Of a stretch of 64,000 nt of DNA, positions 1-10,452 are shown one piece after another (position 1 is the stretch's first letter; every line of letters starts with the position of its first letter). Location: contig CAWJPJ010000007.1 in assembly GCA_963844715.1 (NCBI GenBank), positions 320,001 through 384,000 of the forward strand, read 5' to 3'. The DNA comes from an uncultured Phycisphaerales bacterium (lineage in GTDB: Bacteria > Planctomycetota > Phycisphaerae > Tepidisphaerales > Tepidisphaeraceae). The position numbers and the translations under genes were made by a program. Below the pieces are notes generated by a model. The model did not search any database, was not told the origin of the DNA, and saw only the letters and a program-made list of their open reading frames with translations.

Positions 1-962
1 AACTGGTTTCGGAATACGTGACGCAGATTCTGGCGGGGCATCACGACTCGATCAAGAAACGGGAAATTCTCGACCAGCGCGGCGCCGTGGACGTGGCCCA
101 CAGCTTTCCGGGAGTGGCGCGGTTCAGGACCAACATTTTCCGCAGCCGCGAGAAGTACGCGATCGTGATGCGGCGGATCGTCACCAAGATCCCGATGTTC
201 GAGGACCTGAACCTTCCCCCGGGGGTCGAAGAACTGGCGGATAATAATCGCGGGCTGGTGGTGATCTCGGGAACCACGGGGCAGGGAAAATCGACGACGC
301 TGGCGGCGATGATCGGCAAGATCAACCGGTCGCGCAGCGAGCGGATCATCACCATCGAGGACCCCATCGAATATCAGCACGACAACGCCAAGAGCCTGGT
401 CAGCCAGGTGGAAGTGGGGACGGACAGCGAAAGCTACGAATATGCGCTGCGGGAAATGATGCGGCAGGATCCGGACACGATTTTGATCGGCGAAATCCGC
501 GATTCGTATTCGCTTTCGGTGGCGCTGCGCGCCGCCGATACGGGACACCTGGTCTTCACGACCGTTCATGCGACCAACGCGACGCTGACGGTCGAACGAT
601 TGGTGTCGTTGTTCGATCCGGACCAGAAGGAGCTTCAGCGCACGCAACTGGGGATGAATCTGGTGGCGGTGCTTTGCCAGCGGCTGGCGAAACGGCGCGA
701 CGGGAAAGGGCGCGTCCCGGCCGTGGAGATCATGCACAGCACGCCGCTGGTTCGGAAGTACATTCTCGATGGAGAGTTCGACAAGCTGAAGGGGCTGGTC
801 GGCAACAAGGAAGCCGGCAGCATCAGCTTCGATCAACATTTGGCCGAGCTATTCCAAAAGCAGCTCATCGATGTCGCCGAGGCCAAGCGCCTGGCGACGA
901 ACATGGATGCCTTGAATCTGGCCCTGCGCGGCATCGGAAACAACGAAACTCGATTACGATAG
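1..962 (+). CDS. pilT: PilT/PilU-family type IV pilus retraction ATPase (probably 5'-truncated by the window edge)
   Basis: ARFRTNIF, Walker A GTTGQGKST, ITIEDPIE, MRQDPDTILIGEIRD, His box TGHLVFTTVH, GRVPAVEI. Confidence 0.88.
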   Translation, partial: LVSEYVTQILAGHHDSIKKREILDQRGAVDVAHSFPGVARFRTNIFRSREKYAIVMRRIVTKIPMFEDLNLPPGVEELADNNRGLVVISGTTGQGKSTTLAAMIGKINRSRSERIITIEDPIEYQHDNAKSLVSQVEVGTDSESYEYALREMMRQDPDTILIGEIRDSYSLSVALRAADTGHLVFTTVHATNATLTVERLVSLFDPDQKELQRTQLGMNLVAVLCQRLAKRRDGKGRVPAVEIMHSTPLVRKYILDGEFDKLKGLVGNKEAGSISFDQHLAELFQKQLIDVAEAKRLATNMDALNLALRGIGNNETRLR

Positions 963-966
963 ATGG

Positions 967-1765
967 ATGGATACGGGCCGAATTGACGTTCATTCGCATC
1001 TGCTCCCGGGACTGGACGACGGGTGCGCGGATTTCGAGGAATCGGCCGGTTGCGCGCGGCGCTGGTTCGGATGGGTTACACGCACGCCTTCTGCACGCCG
1101 CACGTCTGGCCCTCCCTGGAAAACAACCCGCAATCGATCGTTTCGGCGGTACAGGGTCTTCAAAATCATTTCGATTCGCAGGGGATCGCGCTCAAATTGA
1201 TGGGCGGCGGAGAGATCAATCTGCTCGAATGCTGGCCGGCGATTTCGAGTCTGCCCAGGGAGCAGATTGTGAGCTACGGGATGGCCGGGAAGTACGTGCT
1301 GTTCGATTTCTGGTCGGAGATATTCGAGGAGTGCGGACCGATCCTGAAGGAGGCGATCGGATATCTGTTGTCGCAGGGGATGAAGCCGATCCTGGCGCAT
1401 CCGGAAAGAATCAAGGCGATGCGCGAGCCCGGAGCGGTGGAACAGGTTGCCCAGTGGGGAGCGCAGCTTCAACTCAACAGCTATTGCCTCAGCGAGCGCG
1501 TGGATGCCGCGATCTTCGATTTTGCGTCGCGATTATTGCGCGAGGGGAAATATTTTTGCTCGGGTCGGATACGCATAAGCCTACGGGCATGGGCGTGAGG
1601 GAGAGGGGATTGGCCAAGGCGATTGAGATTGCGGGGCAAGCGGAAATAGACCGGCTGAGCGTTGGCAATCCCCGATTGCTACTGGATTTTAGGACGAATC
1701 GGCGCATGGCCTCACCCGGCGGCGCGCGTTTGGGGCGATCCGGCGCGGCGATGTACGCGCGATGA
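967..1765 (+). CDS. CpsB/CapC-like PHP-family tyrosine-protein phosphatase (joined across 2 frameshifts)
   Basis: IDVHSHLLPGLDDG, CTPH, PILAHPER, LQLN and GSDTH motifs spread over three frames. Confidence 0.8.
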
Positions 1766-2083
1766 ACGCGCGGGGATCGCGATTGACCTCGTCGAGGAGC
1801 CGTCTGGCAAGCGGCGCGGGGAGGCAATTCCTTGTTCCCAGTGTTCGATCAGTTCCACCGACACGCCCATCAGCCGAGCAAAGACCGCTTGACTGACCGC
1901 GAGCCGGTCGCGGGTTTTTCGGACCGCCTTGGGTGAATAGGGGCGGGGGGCGGAAACTTCGATAGTGCGCACCGTCAAGCGGTCGTGAATAGGACGATCG
2001 GACTGAACTGCATCCAGCAGCTCAGAAAGCGCATCCGTGATGCGAGCGCCGAGGCGTTTGGGTTTGGAAATACGGCGATTCAT
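1712..2083 (-). CDS. XRE/HTH antitoxin-like regulator (HigA/MqsA-like); 3' end uncertain
   Basis: VRKTRDRLAVSQAVFARLMGVSVELIEHWEQG helix-turn-helix; GAGG SD before ATG 2083. Confidence 0.75.
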   Translation of the reverse strand: MNRRISKPKRLGARITDALSELLDAVQSDRPIHDRLTVRTIEVSAPRPYSPKAVRKTRDRLAVSQAVFARLMGVSVELIEHWEQGIASPRRLPDGSSTRSIAIPARSSRVHRRAGSPQTRAAG

Positions 2084-2180
2084 TGGGGTCCTCTTCGTAT
2101 AGAGAGCGCGTATTCGATGGCGCTGAGCATTTTGCGACAAATACGCCGACATACCCGAAGGCCAGGAGCATTAAAATTCC

Positions 2181-2209
2181 ATTTTATCCTATATCTTAGG
2201 ATAGTTCAA
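2181..2209 (-). promoter_or_regulatory. Sigma70-type promoter with palindromic operator
   Basis: Minus strand TTGAAC-N17-TAAAAT; perfect inverted repeat TATCCTA-N5-TAGGATA (2185-2203) covers the spacer. Confidence 0.65.
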
Positions 2210-2268
2210 GCGGCGGTTGGGACAATCGAGCGCAACCGATTTAACTTTTGCGTGATCGTCGAGATGGT

Positions 2269-3316
2269 CTAAAACGCCCCAGGGTTCGCGGCCAGGAAGA
2301 TTCTCAGGGCGAGTTCGGGATCGTCGTAAACCGTGGGTCCGGTCAGGTTTTCGGTTTCCTGCTTGGACAGCGTTGTGAGTCCCTTATTGGAAGAGTAACT
2401 GCTGGTTTTTGCGTAAGAGCACGGGAATTGGTCGCCGCTGAGGGACTCGACGTGTCCGTCGGCGAAAGCGGCATTGGCGGCGGTGTTGCGTCCCTTGGGT
2501 CCGGTGTGGCGATAGCCGATGCGGCAATTGGTCATTCCGATTTGATCCACCGATTGCCGTCCCATGTAAAGACCGTCGGCGACGATGACGAGCTGGGCGG
2601 AACGCTTGATCTTGAAGACGTTATGGACCTGGATGGAAGCGCCCGAGCTGTCCGGTCCGTAGCCGACCGAAGCGGAGTAATAAAGATCGGCCTGAGCGAT
2701 GCTGGTCACGGGACTTCCGATGGGGTTGTAAGCGTTCAGCCAATAAGAGACGCGGTAAACCTGATTGAAGTTTTCTGAGGGGATGGTGGTGTCGACTTTG
2801 ACGCCGCCGTCACCGCCGACGACGGGGAAGAGCATCGGCCAGTCCGCCCACCCACGCGGATTCGCCTGATCGACGATCGTTCCGGTCGGGCTGGTCTGCC
2901 CCTGGGCGACCCCGGCGATGTCAACTGTGTCGGGGCAATAGAAGACATTGTTGGTGTCGACCTGATACGAGCTTAGCCCCGGCGGCTGATTGAACCCGCC
3001 AGCAGAGATGAACCCGTCGCGAACGAGGATGGCGGCCCAGCCGTCGAAAGGTTGCTGGGGCCCGCCGGTGATGTTGGTGGTAGCACCAGGGGCAAAGGGC
3101 ATGTTGTAAGCCGGGACCACGCACCCACGATTTTGGACGGAGTATTCGAGCAGCCCGATGGCGATCTGTGCGCAGATTGGACATGCATTTAATCGTTCGG
3201 GATTGAGATTGAGCGCGCGAGATGACCGGGAGCAGGATGCCCGCCAAGATGCCAATGATGCCGATAACAATGAGGAGTTCGACCAGGGTAAATGCTTGAT
3301 TCCTTCGAGCGCGCAT
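2269..3316 (-). CDS. Prepilin-type N-methylation domain protein (DUF1559-like, H-Xn-DG C-terminal motif); 1 frameshift
   Basis: AFTLVELLIVIGIIGILAGILLPVISRA...KCMSNLR and C-terminal RH...NAAFADGHVE. Confidence 0.85.
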
Positions 3317-3417
3317 GGGCCCGGATTATACATTTCATGAACTCGCATGCGCGGCGAAAATCGAACCGTCGCGAGAAATTAGCGACGGGGCCGGCCGAGG
3401 AACCCAGATTGGAGCGA

Positions 3418-3975
3418 TCAGAGCTTTTCGATCTGCCAGTATTCGAGTTCGAGCGGCGTGGGGCGCCCGAAGATGGTGGCGATGATTCGAACCATGCCTT
3501 TGTCGGGGATGATTTCGTCGACGTCACCCTCGAAATTGACGAAGGGCCCTTCGGTGACCTTGATGCGGTCGCCGCGCTTGTAAGCGGTTTGGATGGTCGG
3601 ACCGGAATCGTCGGGGCGTTCGGCTTCCTCGAGCATCTTCGCTTGGTCCTTGGGGGTCATGGGGGTGGGTTTGCCGTTGGACCCGATGAAGTCGCCGACG
3701 CCGTCGGTTTCCTTGATCATGAACCAGACTTTTTCCGGGATCATCCCGTTGGGATCGAGCTGGAGTTCAATGAAAACGTAGCCGGGATAGAGCTTGCGGT
3801 CGGTGTCGCGGCGTTTTCCGTCCTTGATCTGGCGGACGCGCTCGACGGGGACGAGGATGCGCCCGACCTGCGCTTCGAGGGCTTCGATCTTGGTCTTGCG
3901 CGCGAGGGCTTCGCGAACGCGGTCTTCTTTATTGCTGGCGACTCTGAGGACGAAAAATTGCATAGATAGGCTCAA
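3418..3975 (-). CDS. nusG: Transcription termination/antitermination factor NusG
   Basis: KLYPGYVFI NGN domain, KOW GDRIKVTEGPF, IFGRPTPLEL. Confidence 0.97.
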   Translation of the reverse strand: MSLSMQFFVLRVASNKEDRVREALARKTKIEALEAQVGRILVPVERVRQIKDGKRRDTDRKLYPGYVFIELQLDPNGMIPEKVWFMIKETDGVGDFIGSNGKPTPMTPKDQAKMLEEAERPDDSGPTIQTAYKRGDRIKVTEGPFVNFEGDVDEIIPDKGMVRIIATIFGRPTPLELEYWQIEKL

Positions 3976-4505
3976 TGCTTGACGGGGAAGAAAGGCGGAG
4001 GCGTTTTGAGGACCCCGACCAGGTAGAACACGGTCTGAAAAAACAAATCGTAGGCGAACAGAATCAACGCCATGAGGAATACGAATGCGATGACGACGCG
4101 AGTGGAACCGAAAAGTTCCTTGTTGGTGGTCCAGTTGACGCGTTTCATCTCGCTGTCGGTGGAGATGAGGAAATCCACGTTCGACGGCTTGTTGAGCAAA
4201 TGGTAGCCGATAAGGATGTAAAGGAGGCCGAAGATTCCGATGACGAGATAAGTCAGCCGGTCGGTCATACCGAAGACAATGTGCTCTTGCCAGATGAAAT
4301 GGCCGCCAAGCAGTCCGAGCAGGCCGACGGCTCCGACGGTTCCCATCCGGGTCCAGTATCCCTGGCCCTTTTTATAGATGGTGAAGTACCCGCCGCCGCT
4401 GCTGGAGGGGGCGGGCGTGCCGGGGCCGCGATCCCCCGGGGGAGGGTAACTGGGCGGCGCCTTGTCCGGCGTGCTGGAGGTTGGGGTTTATCCGAGGCGG
4501 TCATG
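3972..4505 (-). CDS. secE: Preprotein translocase subunit SecE (multi-TM; frameshift; start uncertain)
   Basis: FLISTDSEMKRVNWT motif; position between tRNA-Trp and nusG. Confidence 0.9.
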
Positions 4506-4546
4506 GTCGGGTTCCCCTGGCTGTCGTTCGTCGTCGTCATGGTTCA

Positions 4547-4619
4547 CACGCCAGGAGGGAATTGAACCCCCAACCTGCCGCTTTGGAGACGGCCGCTCTG
4601 CCAATTGAGCTACTGGCGT
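4547..4619 (-). tRNA. tRNA-Trp(CCA); 3' CCA not encoded
   Basis: Acceptor stem ACGCCAG/CTGGCGT, D-arm TAGCTCAATTGGCAGAGC, anticodon loop CTCCAAA, T-loop GGTTCAATTCC; conserved position before secE. Confidence 0.95.
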
Positions 4620-4639
4620 AAGAGACGGTCTAAAACCTT

Positions 4640-4804
4640 TCACTTCCTTTTGATCTTATGCAGGGTGTGGCGCCGCAATCTCGGGCAGTATTTTTTCAGC
4701 TCGATTTTAGGCGCGCCGCCCACCACCTTAAGTTCGGTGCGATAGTTCAGATCGCCCGTCTCGGTGCACTGGAGCCAGACCATTTCGCGGTTTTCTTTGG
4801 CCAT
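4640..4804 (-). CDS. rpmG: 50S ribosomal protein L33 (54 aa; not in the ORF track)
   Basis: Hand translation MAKENREMVWLQCTETGDLNYRTELKVVGGAPKIELKKYCPRLRRHTLHKIKRK. Confidence 0.93.
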   Translation of the reverse strand: MAKENREMVWLQCTETGDLNYRTELKVVGGAPKIELKKYCPRLRRHTLHKIKRK

Positions 4805-4822
4805 GTGACGCCCTTGCTCGCG

Positions 4823-6020
4823 CTAGGCGAGGATTTTGACGACGACGCCCGAGCCGACGGTTTTTCCGCCTTCGCGTACGGCGAAGCGGAGTTTTTCCTC
4901 CATGGCGATGGGGGCCTGGAGTTCAACTTCCATGGTGACGTTATCGCCCGGCATGACCATTTCAGCCCCGCCGAGGAGCTTGGCCGTGCCGGTGACGTCG
5001 GTGGTCCGGAAGTAGAACTGGGGTCGATACCCCGTGAAGAAGGGGGTATGACGGCCGCCCTCCTCCTTGGTCAGGACGTAGACTTCGGCTTCGAACTTCG
5101 TGTGCGGGGTGATGCTCTTCGGCTGAGCGAGAACCTGACCGCGTTCGAGATCTTCTTTTTCAACGCCGCGGAGGAGGACCCCGACGTTTTCGCCGGCCTG
5201 TCCTTCGTCCAGGGTCTTGTTGAAGGCTTCGACGCCGGTGACAACCGAATTCCTGTTGGGCTTGAGCCCGACGATTTCGATGGTGTCGCCGACCTTGCAC
5301 CTTGCCGCGCTCGATACGGCCGGTGCCGACCGTGCCGCGTCCCTTGATGCTGAAGACGTCTTCGATGGGCATCAGGAACGGCTTATCGATCTCGCGCTGC
5401 GGGATCGGAATGTATTCGTCCAGGGACTTGACGAGTTCGTCAATCGGCTTGCAGCGCCGCGTCATCCTTGGGGTTCTGATACGCGGGGAGCGACGAACCG
5501 CGGATGACCGGCGTGGTGTCGCCGGGGAAACCGTACTTCGTCAGCAGTTCGCGGATTTCCATTTCGACCAGTTCGAGCAGTTCCGGGTCGTCGACAAGAT
5601 CGATCTTATTGAGGAAGACGACGATCTTGGGCACGCCGACCTGGCGGGCCAGCAGGATGTGCTCGCGGGTCTGCGGCATGGGACCGTCGGCGGCGGAGAC
5701 GACGAGGATCGCCCCGTCCATCTGGGCGGCGCCGGTGATCATGTTCTTGATGTAGTCGGCGTGGCCCGGACAGTCGACGTGGGCGTAGTGCCGCTTCTCT
5801 GATTCGTACTCGACGTGGGCGGCGGAGATAGTGACCGTCTTGGTCGCGTCACGTTCGGTGCCGCCCTTGGCGATGGACTTGTAGTCCTTGGCCTCGATGC
5901 CGAACTTGGCGGCGGACCTGCGCTGAGCGCAGCGGTCAGGGTCGTCTTGCCGTGGTCGATGTGACCGATGGTTCCAACGTTCACGTGCGGCTTTTTGCGT
6001 TCGAATACGCCCTTGGCCAT
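4823..6020 (-). CDS. tuf: Elongation factor Tu (about 3 apparent frameshifts)
   Basis: [68 protein letters not shown]. Confidence 0.97.
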
Positions 6021-6159
6021 GTCGATAACCTCCGAATCAGAATTTTAGTCTTGCCACAGTCGGATGGGGCCATGCCCCTATCCTCAAATCAAAATTCAAC
6101 TGGCGGAATCCCGCGACGCCGCGCACAGCCGCAACATGATAACAGGATGCGCCGTGCAA

Positions 6160-6231
6160 AGCTGGCACTGGGGATTGAACCCAGGACCTCCACCTTACCA
6201 AGGTGGCGCTCTACCGCTGAGCTATGCCAGC
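6160..6231 (-). tRNA. tRNA-Thr(GGT)
   Basis: GCTGGCA/TGCCAGC acceptor stem, anticodon arm CCACC-TTGGTAA-GGTGG, T-loop GGTTCAATCCC; upstream of tuf. Confidence 0.95.
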
Positions 6232-6313
6232 GCCACCGCCAGCTTTGCGGCCGAACGGCTCTTCCGGCGATACCGCCCGGCTAGCGCGTACCGCAAGCCG
6301 ATGAAGGGCGGAA

Positions 6314-6341
6314 AGTATAAATCGCCACAAACTAATGTCAA
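6314..6341 (-). promoter_or_regulatory. Strong sigma70 promoter for the tRNA-Thr-tuf operon
   Basis: TTGACA-N16-TATACT followed by a GC-rich discriminator-like stretch. Confidence 0.7.
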
Positions 6342-6445
6342 CATGGAGGTAGAGCGACGGCCGAGGACGAAGTAATTGACCCTGCCACCGCGAATCGACT
6401 ATCTTTAAATACTTCATCCTCAGGCGAACGATCTGGAGACCCCCC

Positions 6446-7675
6446 GTGATCCATCCGCTTAAATCGACTGCCGGTGCTTTCGCGTTGGCATTGGCCTTGA
6501 TCAGCCTTACCGCCTGTGCGCCACCAAGAAAACCGCGGCCAGAGGTCCGCTGTTTGTCACCCTGACCGATCCTGGTTTCATCCAACAATGGGATTATCAG
6601 ATTCAGTTGTCCGGCGGGGAATCAGTCAGAGGTATCTATTTGCTCGGAGACACGCTGCATGTGATGACCGATCAGAATATCGACCAGGCCCTGACCGCCG
6701 ACGGGGGCGAGTTGATTTATTTCAACCGCATCGCGGACCCGGCCGAGGGCATTCGCGGCGGTCCAGTGGATCTGACTGATCGGGTCGTCTACGCAACAAG
6801 CCATACGTTGGAGATTTACGACGTCCACGGGCGGTTTCAAAAATCAATTTTCTGCGAGGAGGGGATCACCAGCCCGCCGACCGGATCAGGAAACCTAATT
6901 TACATGGGGATCGGCGAATTGAACGGACGCCTGCGCTGCATGGATATTTCCCGCGATGTGAATCCGACACTCTGGGAGGTTCTGACCGGAGGCCGCGTGG
7001 ACGGTGCGCCGGCGGTGCTGGACAAGGAAGTCTACTGCGGAAGCGAGGACGGGAGCGTCATTGGAGTGGATGAAGACGGGAACACGCTGTGGCCGCTCCT
7101 GGACAAATACAAGTTCATCACGGGCGGGCCGATCGTCGCGGATGTGAAGGTCGACAAGACCGGAGTGTTCGCGGTTTCGGGAGACCAATCGCTTTACTGC
7201 ATCGATCGCGGCTCGGGGCATATCAAGTGGCGGTATTTCGCGGGCACACCTTTGGAAACGTCTCCGACGGTGACCAACACCACGGTATATCAATACGTTC
7301 CCGGGCGCGGCCTTGCGGCGATCGACAAGAGCCAGCCGATTACGCTCGATGCCCAGCAAACCAAATATCTCGGCGAGGAGCCGATCCACTCGGCAAAGTG
7401 GATCGCCCCGCATGCGCTGGCGTTCGTGGCGGAGGACGACCAGTACGTTTACGCTGCAAAGCGACTCCAACTCCCTCCTGGCGCTCGATAAGCAGTCGGG
7501 AGAGGTGGTCTTCTCGTCGCGGCGGCATGACCTGACGGCGTTCGCCGTCAACTTGAAAGACGCGACGATCTACGCGGCGACCAGCGGCGGCGAAATTCTG
7601 TCGATCAAGGCCGATCTGACTCCGGGAACCATCGGGGAATTGGTCATGGCGACGCCGGTCGGCGCGGTAGAAATT
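6446..7675 (+). CDS. PQQ-like beta-propeller lipoprotein (BamB-like); frameshifted
   Basis: GTG start with signal peptide and lipobox LISLTAC; repeats such as SLYCIDRGSGHIKWRY, VYCGSEDG, LLALDKQSG. Confidence 0.7.
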
Positions 7676-9256
7676 ATGTCCGATCTGGTCCAAGTTCGCC
7701 GGGCACTGATCAGCGTTTCCGACAAGACGGGCCTTGCGGAATTCGCCACCGCCCTACAGACCGAATTCCACATCGAATTAATCAGCACCGGAGGGACGGC
7801 GGCGTTTTTGCGCACCGCCGGCCTGAGCGTGATCGACGTCTCGCAGGTGACGGGGTTCCCCGAAATGATGGACGGCCGGGTGAAGACGCTGCATCCGAAA
7901 ATTCACGGGGGGTTGCTCGCCCTGCGAGAGAACCCGGAGCACGCCGCCGCCATGGAGGAGCACGGTATTCAACCGATCGATCTGGTGTGCGTTAATCTTT
8001 ATCCGTTCGAAAAAACCATCGTGCGCCCGGAAGCGACCCTGGAGGAGGCGATCGAAAATATCGACATCGGCGGACCGTCGATGATCCGCTCGGCGGCGAA
8101 AAATCATAAATATGTCCTGGTGGTGACGAACCCTGATCGGTATGAAAAAGTGCTCGGCGATTTGCGCAAGCACGCCGGCAGCACCTGCCAAAAACACCGC
8201 TTTAAACAGGCCCAATTGGCCTTTGCCCAGACGGCGGCGTACGACGCGGCGATCGCGCGATATCTGCGGACAAAACTGGAAGAGCCGCCCGAGCCGCTGC
8301 CGGAAAAGATCGAATTGAGTCTGGCTCGCAAGCAGGTCCTGCGCTACGGCGAGAACCCGCATCAGCTCGGGGCGCTATACGTGGACGGACGGCAAAGCCC
8401 CGAGGCGTCGGTGGCCCGCGCGACGCAATTGCACGGGAAGGAATTGTCGTACATCAACCTGCTGGACGCCGATGGGGCGCTGGGGTGCGTGAAAGAGTTC
8501 GCCAATCCGTCAGCGTGCATCGTGAAGCACACGACCCCGTGCGGCTGCGCCGAGGCCGACGATCTGCCCACGGCTTTCCGGCGCGCGTTTGAGGGAGATC
8601 CCCTGGCGGCGTTCGGCGGAATCGTGGCCCTGAATCGAGAAGTGGATTTGCAGGCGGCGCGGCAGATCGTCTCGATCGACAAGCTGCTGGAAGTTATCGT
8701 CGCGCCGGGATTCGCGGACGATGCGCTGGCGCTGCTGAAGGAGCGGTGGAAAAATGTCCGGCTGCTGTCGGTCGGGCCGATGGGAGACCGCGACGCCGCA
8801 GAGCTGCACATGCACAAGATCACCGGCGGATATCTCGTGCAGCAGCGCGATCTGGCGGGAATCGATGAGACGGCGTGGAAAGTGGTTTCGCGGCGCAAGC
8901 CGACGAAAGAAGAGCTGGCGGACCTGCAATTCGCCTGGCTGGTTTGCAAGCACGTGAAGAGCAACGCGATCGTCGTGTGCAAAAATCGCATGCTTCTGGG
9001 GGCGGGTGCGGGACAGATGGATCGCCCCAGCGCGGCGCGGCTGGCGATCGAAAAAGCGGCAGAACGCGTCAGCGGGTCGGTGGCCGCGAGCGACGCGTTT
9101 TTTCCGTTTCCGGACGGACCCAAGCTGCTCCTGGACGCAGGCGTCACGGCCATCGTTCATCCCGGCGGGTCGCTGAAGGATCAGGACACCATCGACTTGG
9201 TCGATTCGCGCGGGGCGGCGATGGTTCTGACGGGCCGGCGGCACTTCAAGCATTAG
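7676..9256 (+). CDS. purH: Bifunctional AICAR transformylase/IMP cyclohydrolase
   Basis: RALISVSDKTG, GRVKTLHP, IENIDIGGPSM, LRYGENPHQ, ASDAFFPF, GRRHFKH. Confidence 0.97.
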   Translation: MSDLVQVRRALISVSDKTGLAEFATALQTEFHIELISTGGTAAFLRTAGLSVIDVSQVTGFPEMMDGRVKTLHPKIHGGLLALRENPEHAAAMEEHGIQPIDLVCVNLYPFEKTIVRPEATLEEAIENIDIGGPSMIRSAAKNHKYVLVVTNPDRYEKVLGDLRKHAGSTCQKHRFKQAQLAFAQTAAYDAAIARYLRTKLEEPPEPLPEKIELSLARKQVLRYGENPHQLGALYVDGRQSPEASVARATQLHGKELSYINLLDADGALGCVKEFANPSACIVKHTTPCGCAEADDLPTAFRRAFEGDPLAAFGGIVALNREVDLQAARQIVSIDKLLEVIVAPGFADDALALLKERWKNVRLLSVGPMGDRDAAELHMHKITGGYLVQQRDLAGIDETAWKVVSRRKPTKEELADLQFAWLVCKHVKSNAIVVCKNRMLLGAGAGQMDRPSAARLAIEKAAERVSGSVAASDAFFPFPDGPKLLLDAGVTAIVHPGGSLKDQDTIDLVDSRGAAMVLTGRRHFKH

Positions 9257-9265
9257 AGCGTTCCC

Positions 9266-9938
9266 ATGCAATCCGCGCGGGAATTAATTGTCGAGCCGGT
9301 GGGGCTGAATGTTGAAACATTGGCTCGGCCTATCGCCTGGGAAAAATTATTTGGAAATGATCATCCGGTCGAGTTGGAGATCGGGATGGGCAAGGGGACC
9401 TTTCTCGTCGAGCAGGCCAAGGCTCGGCCGGAGATCAATTTCTTCGGGGTTGAATACGCCCGGTGGTTTTGGCGATACGCCAGCGACAGGCTGCGGCGGA
9501 ATAACTGCCTCAACGCCCGGACCGTGCGGGCCGAGGCAAACGTATTTTTTGCGGGAATTCATTTCGGACGGCACGCTTTCGGCCGTGCATATCTATTTCC
9601 CCGATCCCTGGCCGAAAAAACGGCATCACAAGCGGCGATTGATCCAGACAGGATTTGTGGGGGAGGTGATCCGCGTGCTGAAGACCGGGGGGATCGTGCG
9701 GATTGTTACGGATCATGCGGAATATTTTGAGCAAATCGAGCAGGTCTTGGCGGCGTCGGCGCTGGCAAGGCGGGACTATATCCCGGCGCAAATTGCCCCT
9801 CACCCTAACCCTCTCCCCGAGTACAGGGAGAGGGGACAGACGGCTGAAGAGGCGGAAATCGTCGGAACCAACTTCGAGAGAAAGTACCGCCGGGCGGGGC
9901 GGGCTTTTTTTTCGGTCATGTCCGAGAAAATCGCGTAA
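9266..9938 (+). CDS. trmB: tRNA (guanine-N7)-methyltransferase (1 frameshift; in-frame repeat insertion)
   Basis: LEIGMGKG, YFPDPWPKKRHHKRRL, TDHAEY, TNFERK. Confidence 0.92.
9796..9837. repeat. REP-like palindromic element inside trmB
   Basis: CCCCTCACCCTAACCCTCTCCCCGAGTACAGGGAGAGGGGAC; stem CCCTCTCCC/GGGAGAGGG; degenerate reverse copy at 57937-57962. Confidence 0.75.
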
Positions 9939-10002
9939 TTCATTCAACTTTCGCCCGGGTCGCGTCCGATAACAGGGATAGCTCCAATAGAAGAGGTTGC
10001 GC

Positions 10003-10452
10003 ATGATTAAAGGTTTAATGATCGCGGCGTTGGGTCTTGCACTGGTTGGCTGTTCGAGCGACGGGCAGACGTCGATGCTGCCGAATCCGGATGGGAATCT
10101 CCGGCGGACGTCGGCCGAGTTCGCGGCGGACGCCGCCAAGCGGCAGTACGAAGCCGAAGCGCCCTGCAACAAGGCGACCGATGCCCGGGCCGAGTATGAG
10201 ATCATGACGCATCGCATCGATCTGGTGAACCTTGCGGACGCCGATTGGAGCAACGTCGAGGTGTGGATCAACCACGAATACGTCGTCTATCTCCCCGTGA
10301 TGCAGAAGATGGTCGATGAGAAGCTCGATTACGAAATGTTCTTCGATCGGGACGGCCACCACTTCGAGACCAAGGGCGGAGCTACTCCGCTTCAGAGCAT
10401 TCAGATTTATCGCGACGGCAAGATGTGGGATGTGACGGCTACGGCCGACTGA
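10003..10452 (+). CDS. Hypothetical lipoprotein
   Basis: Signal peptide with lipobox LVGC; GAGG SD. Confidence 0.7.
   Translation: MIKGLMIAALGLALVGCSSDGQTSMLPNPDGNLRRTSAEFAADAAKRQYEAEAPCNKATDARAEYEIMTHRIDLVNLADADWSNVEVWINHEYVVYLPVMQKMVDEKLDYEMFFDRDGHHFETKGGATPLQSIQIYRDGKMWDVTATAD

Noticed and set aside
4823..6020. Frameshifts in tuf and many other core genes read as pseudogenes or programmed recoding
   Set aside because: Scattered single-base indels occur across essential genes with otherwise intact motifs. Sequencing error is far more likely.
7313..9256. Apparent fusion of the beta-propeller lipoprotein with PurH
   Set aside because: An exported lipoprotein fused to a cytoplasmic enzyme is implausible. 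An out-of-frame TAG lies just before the purH ATG, so one indel explains it.
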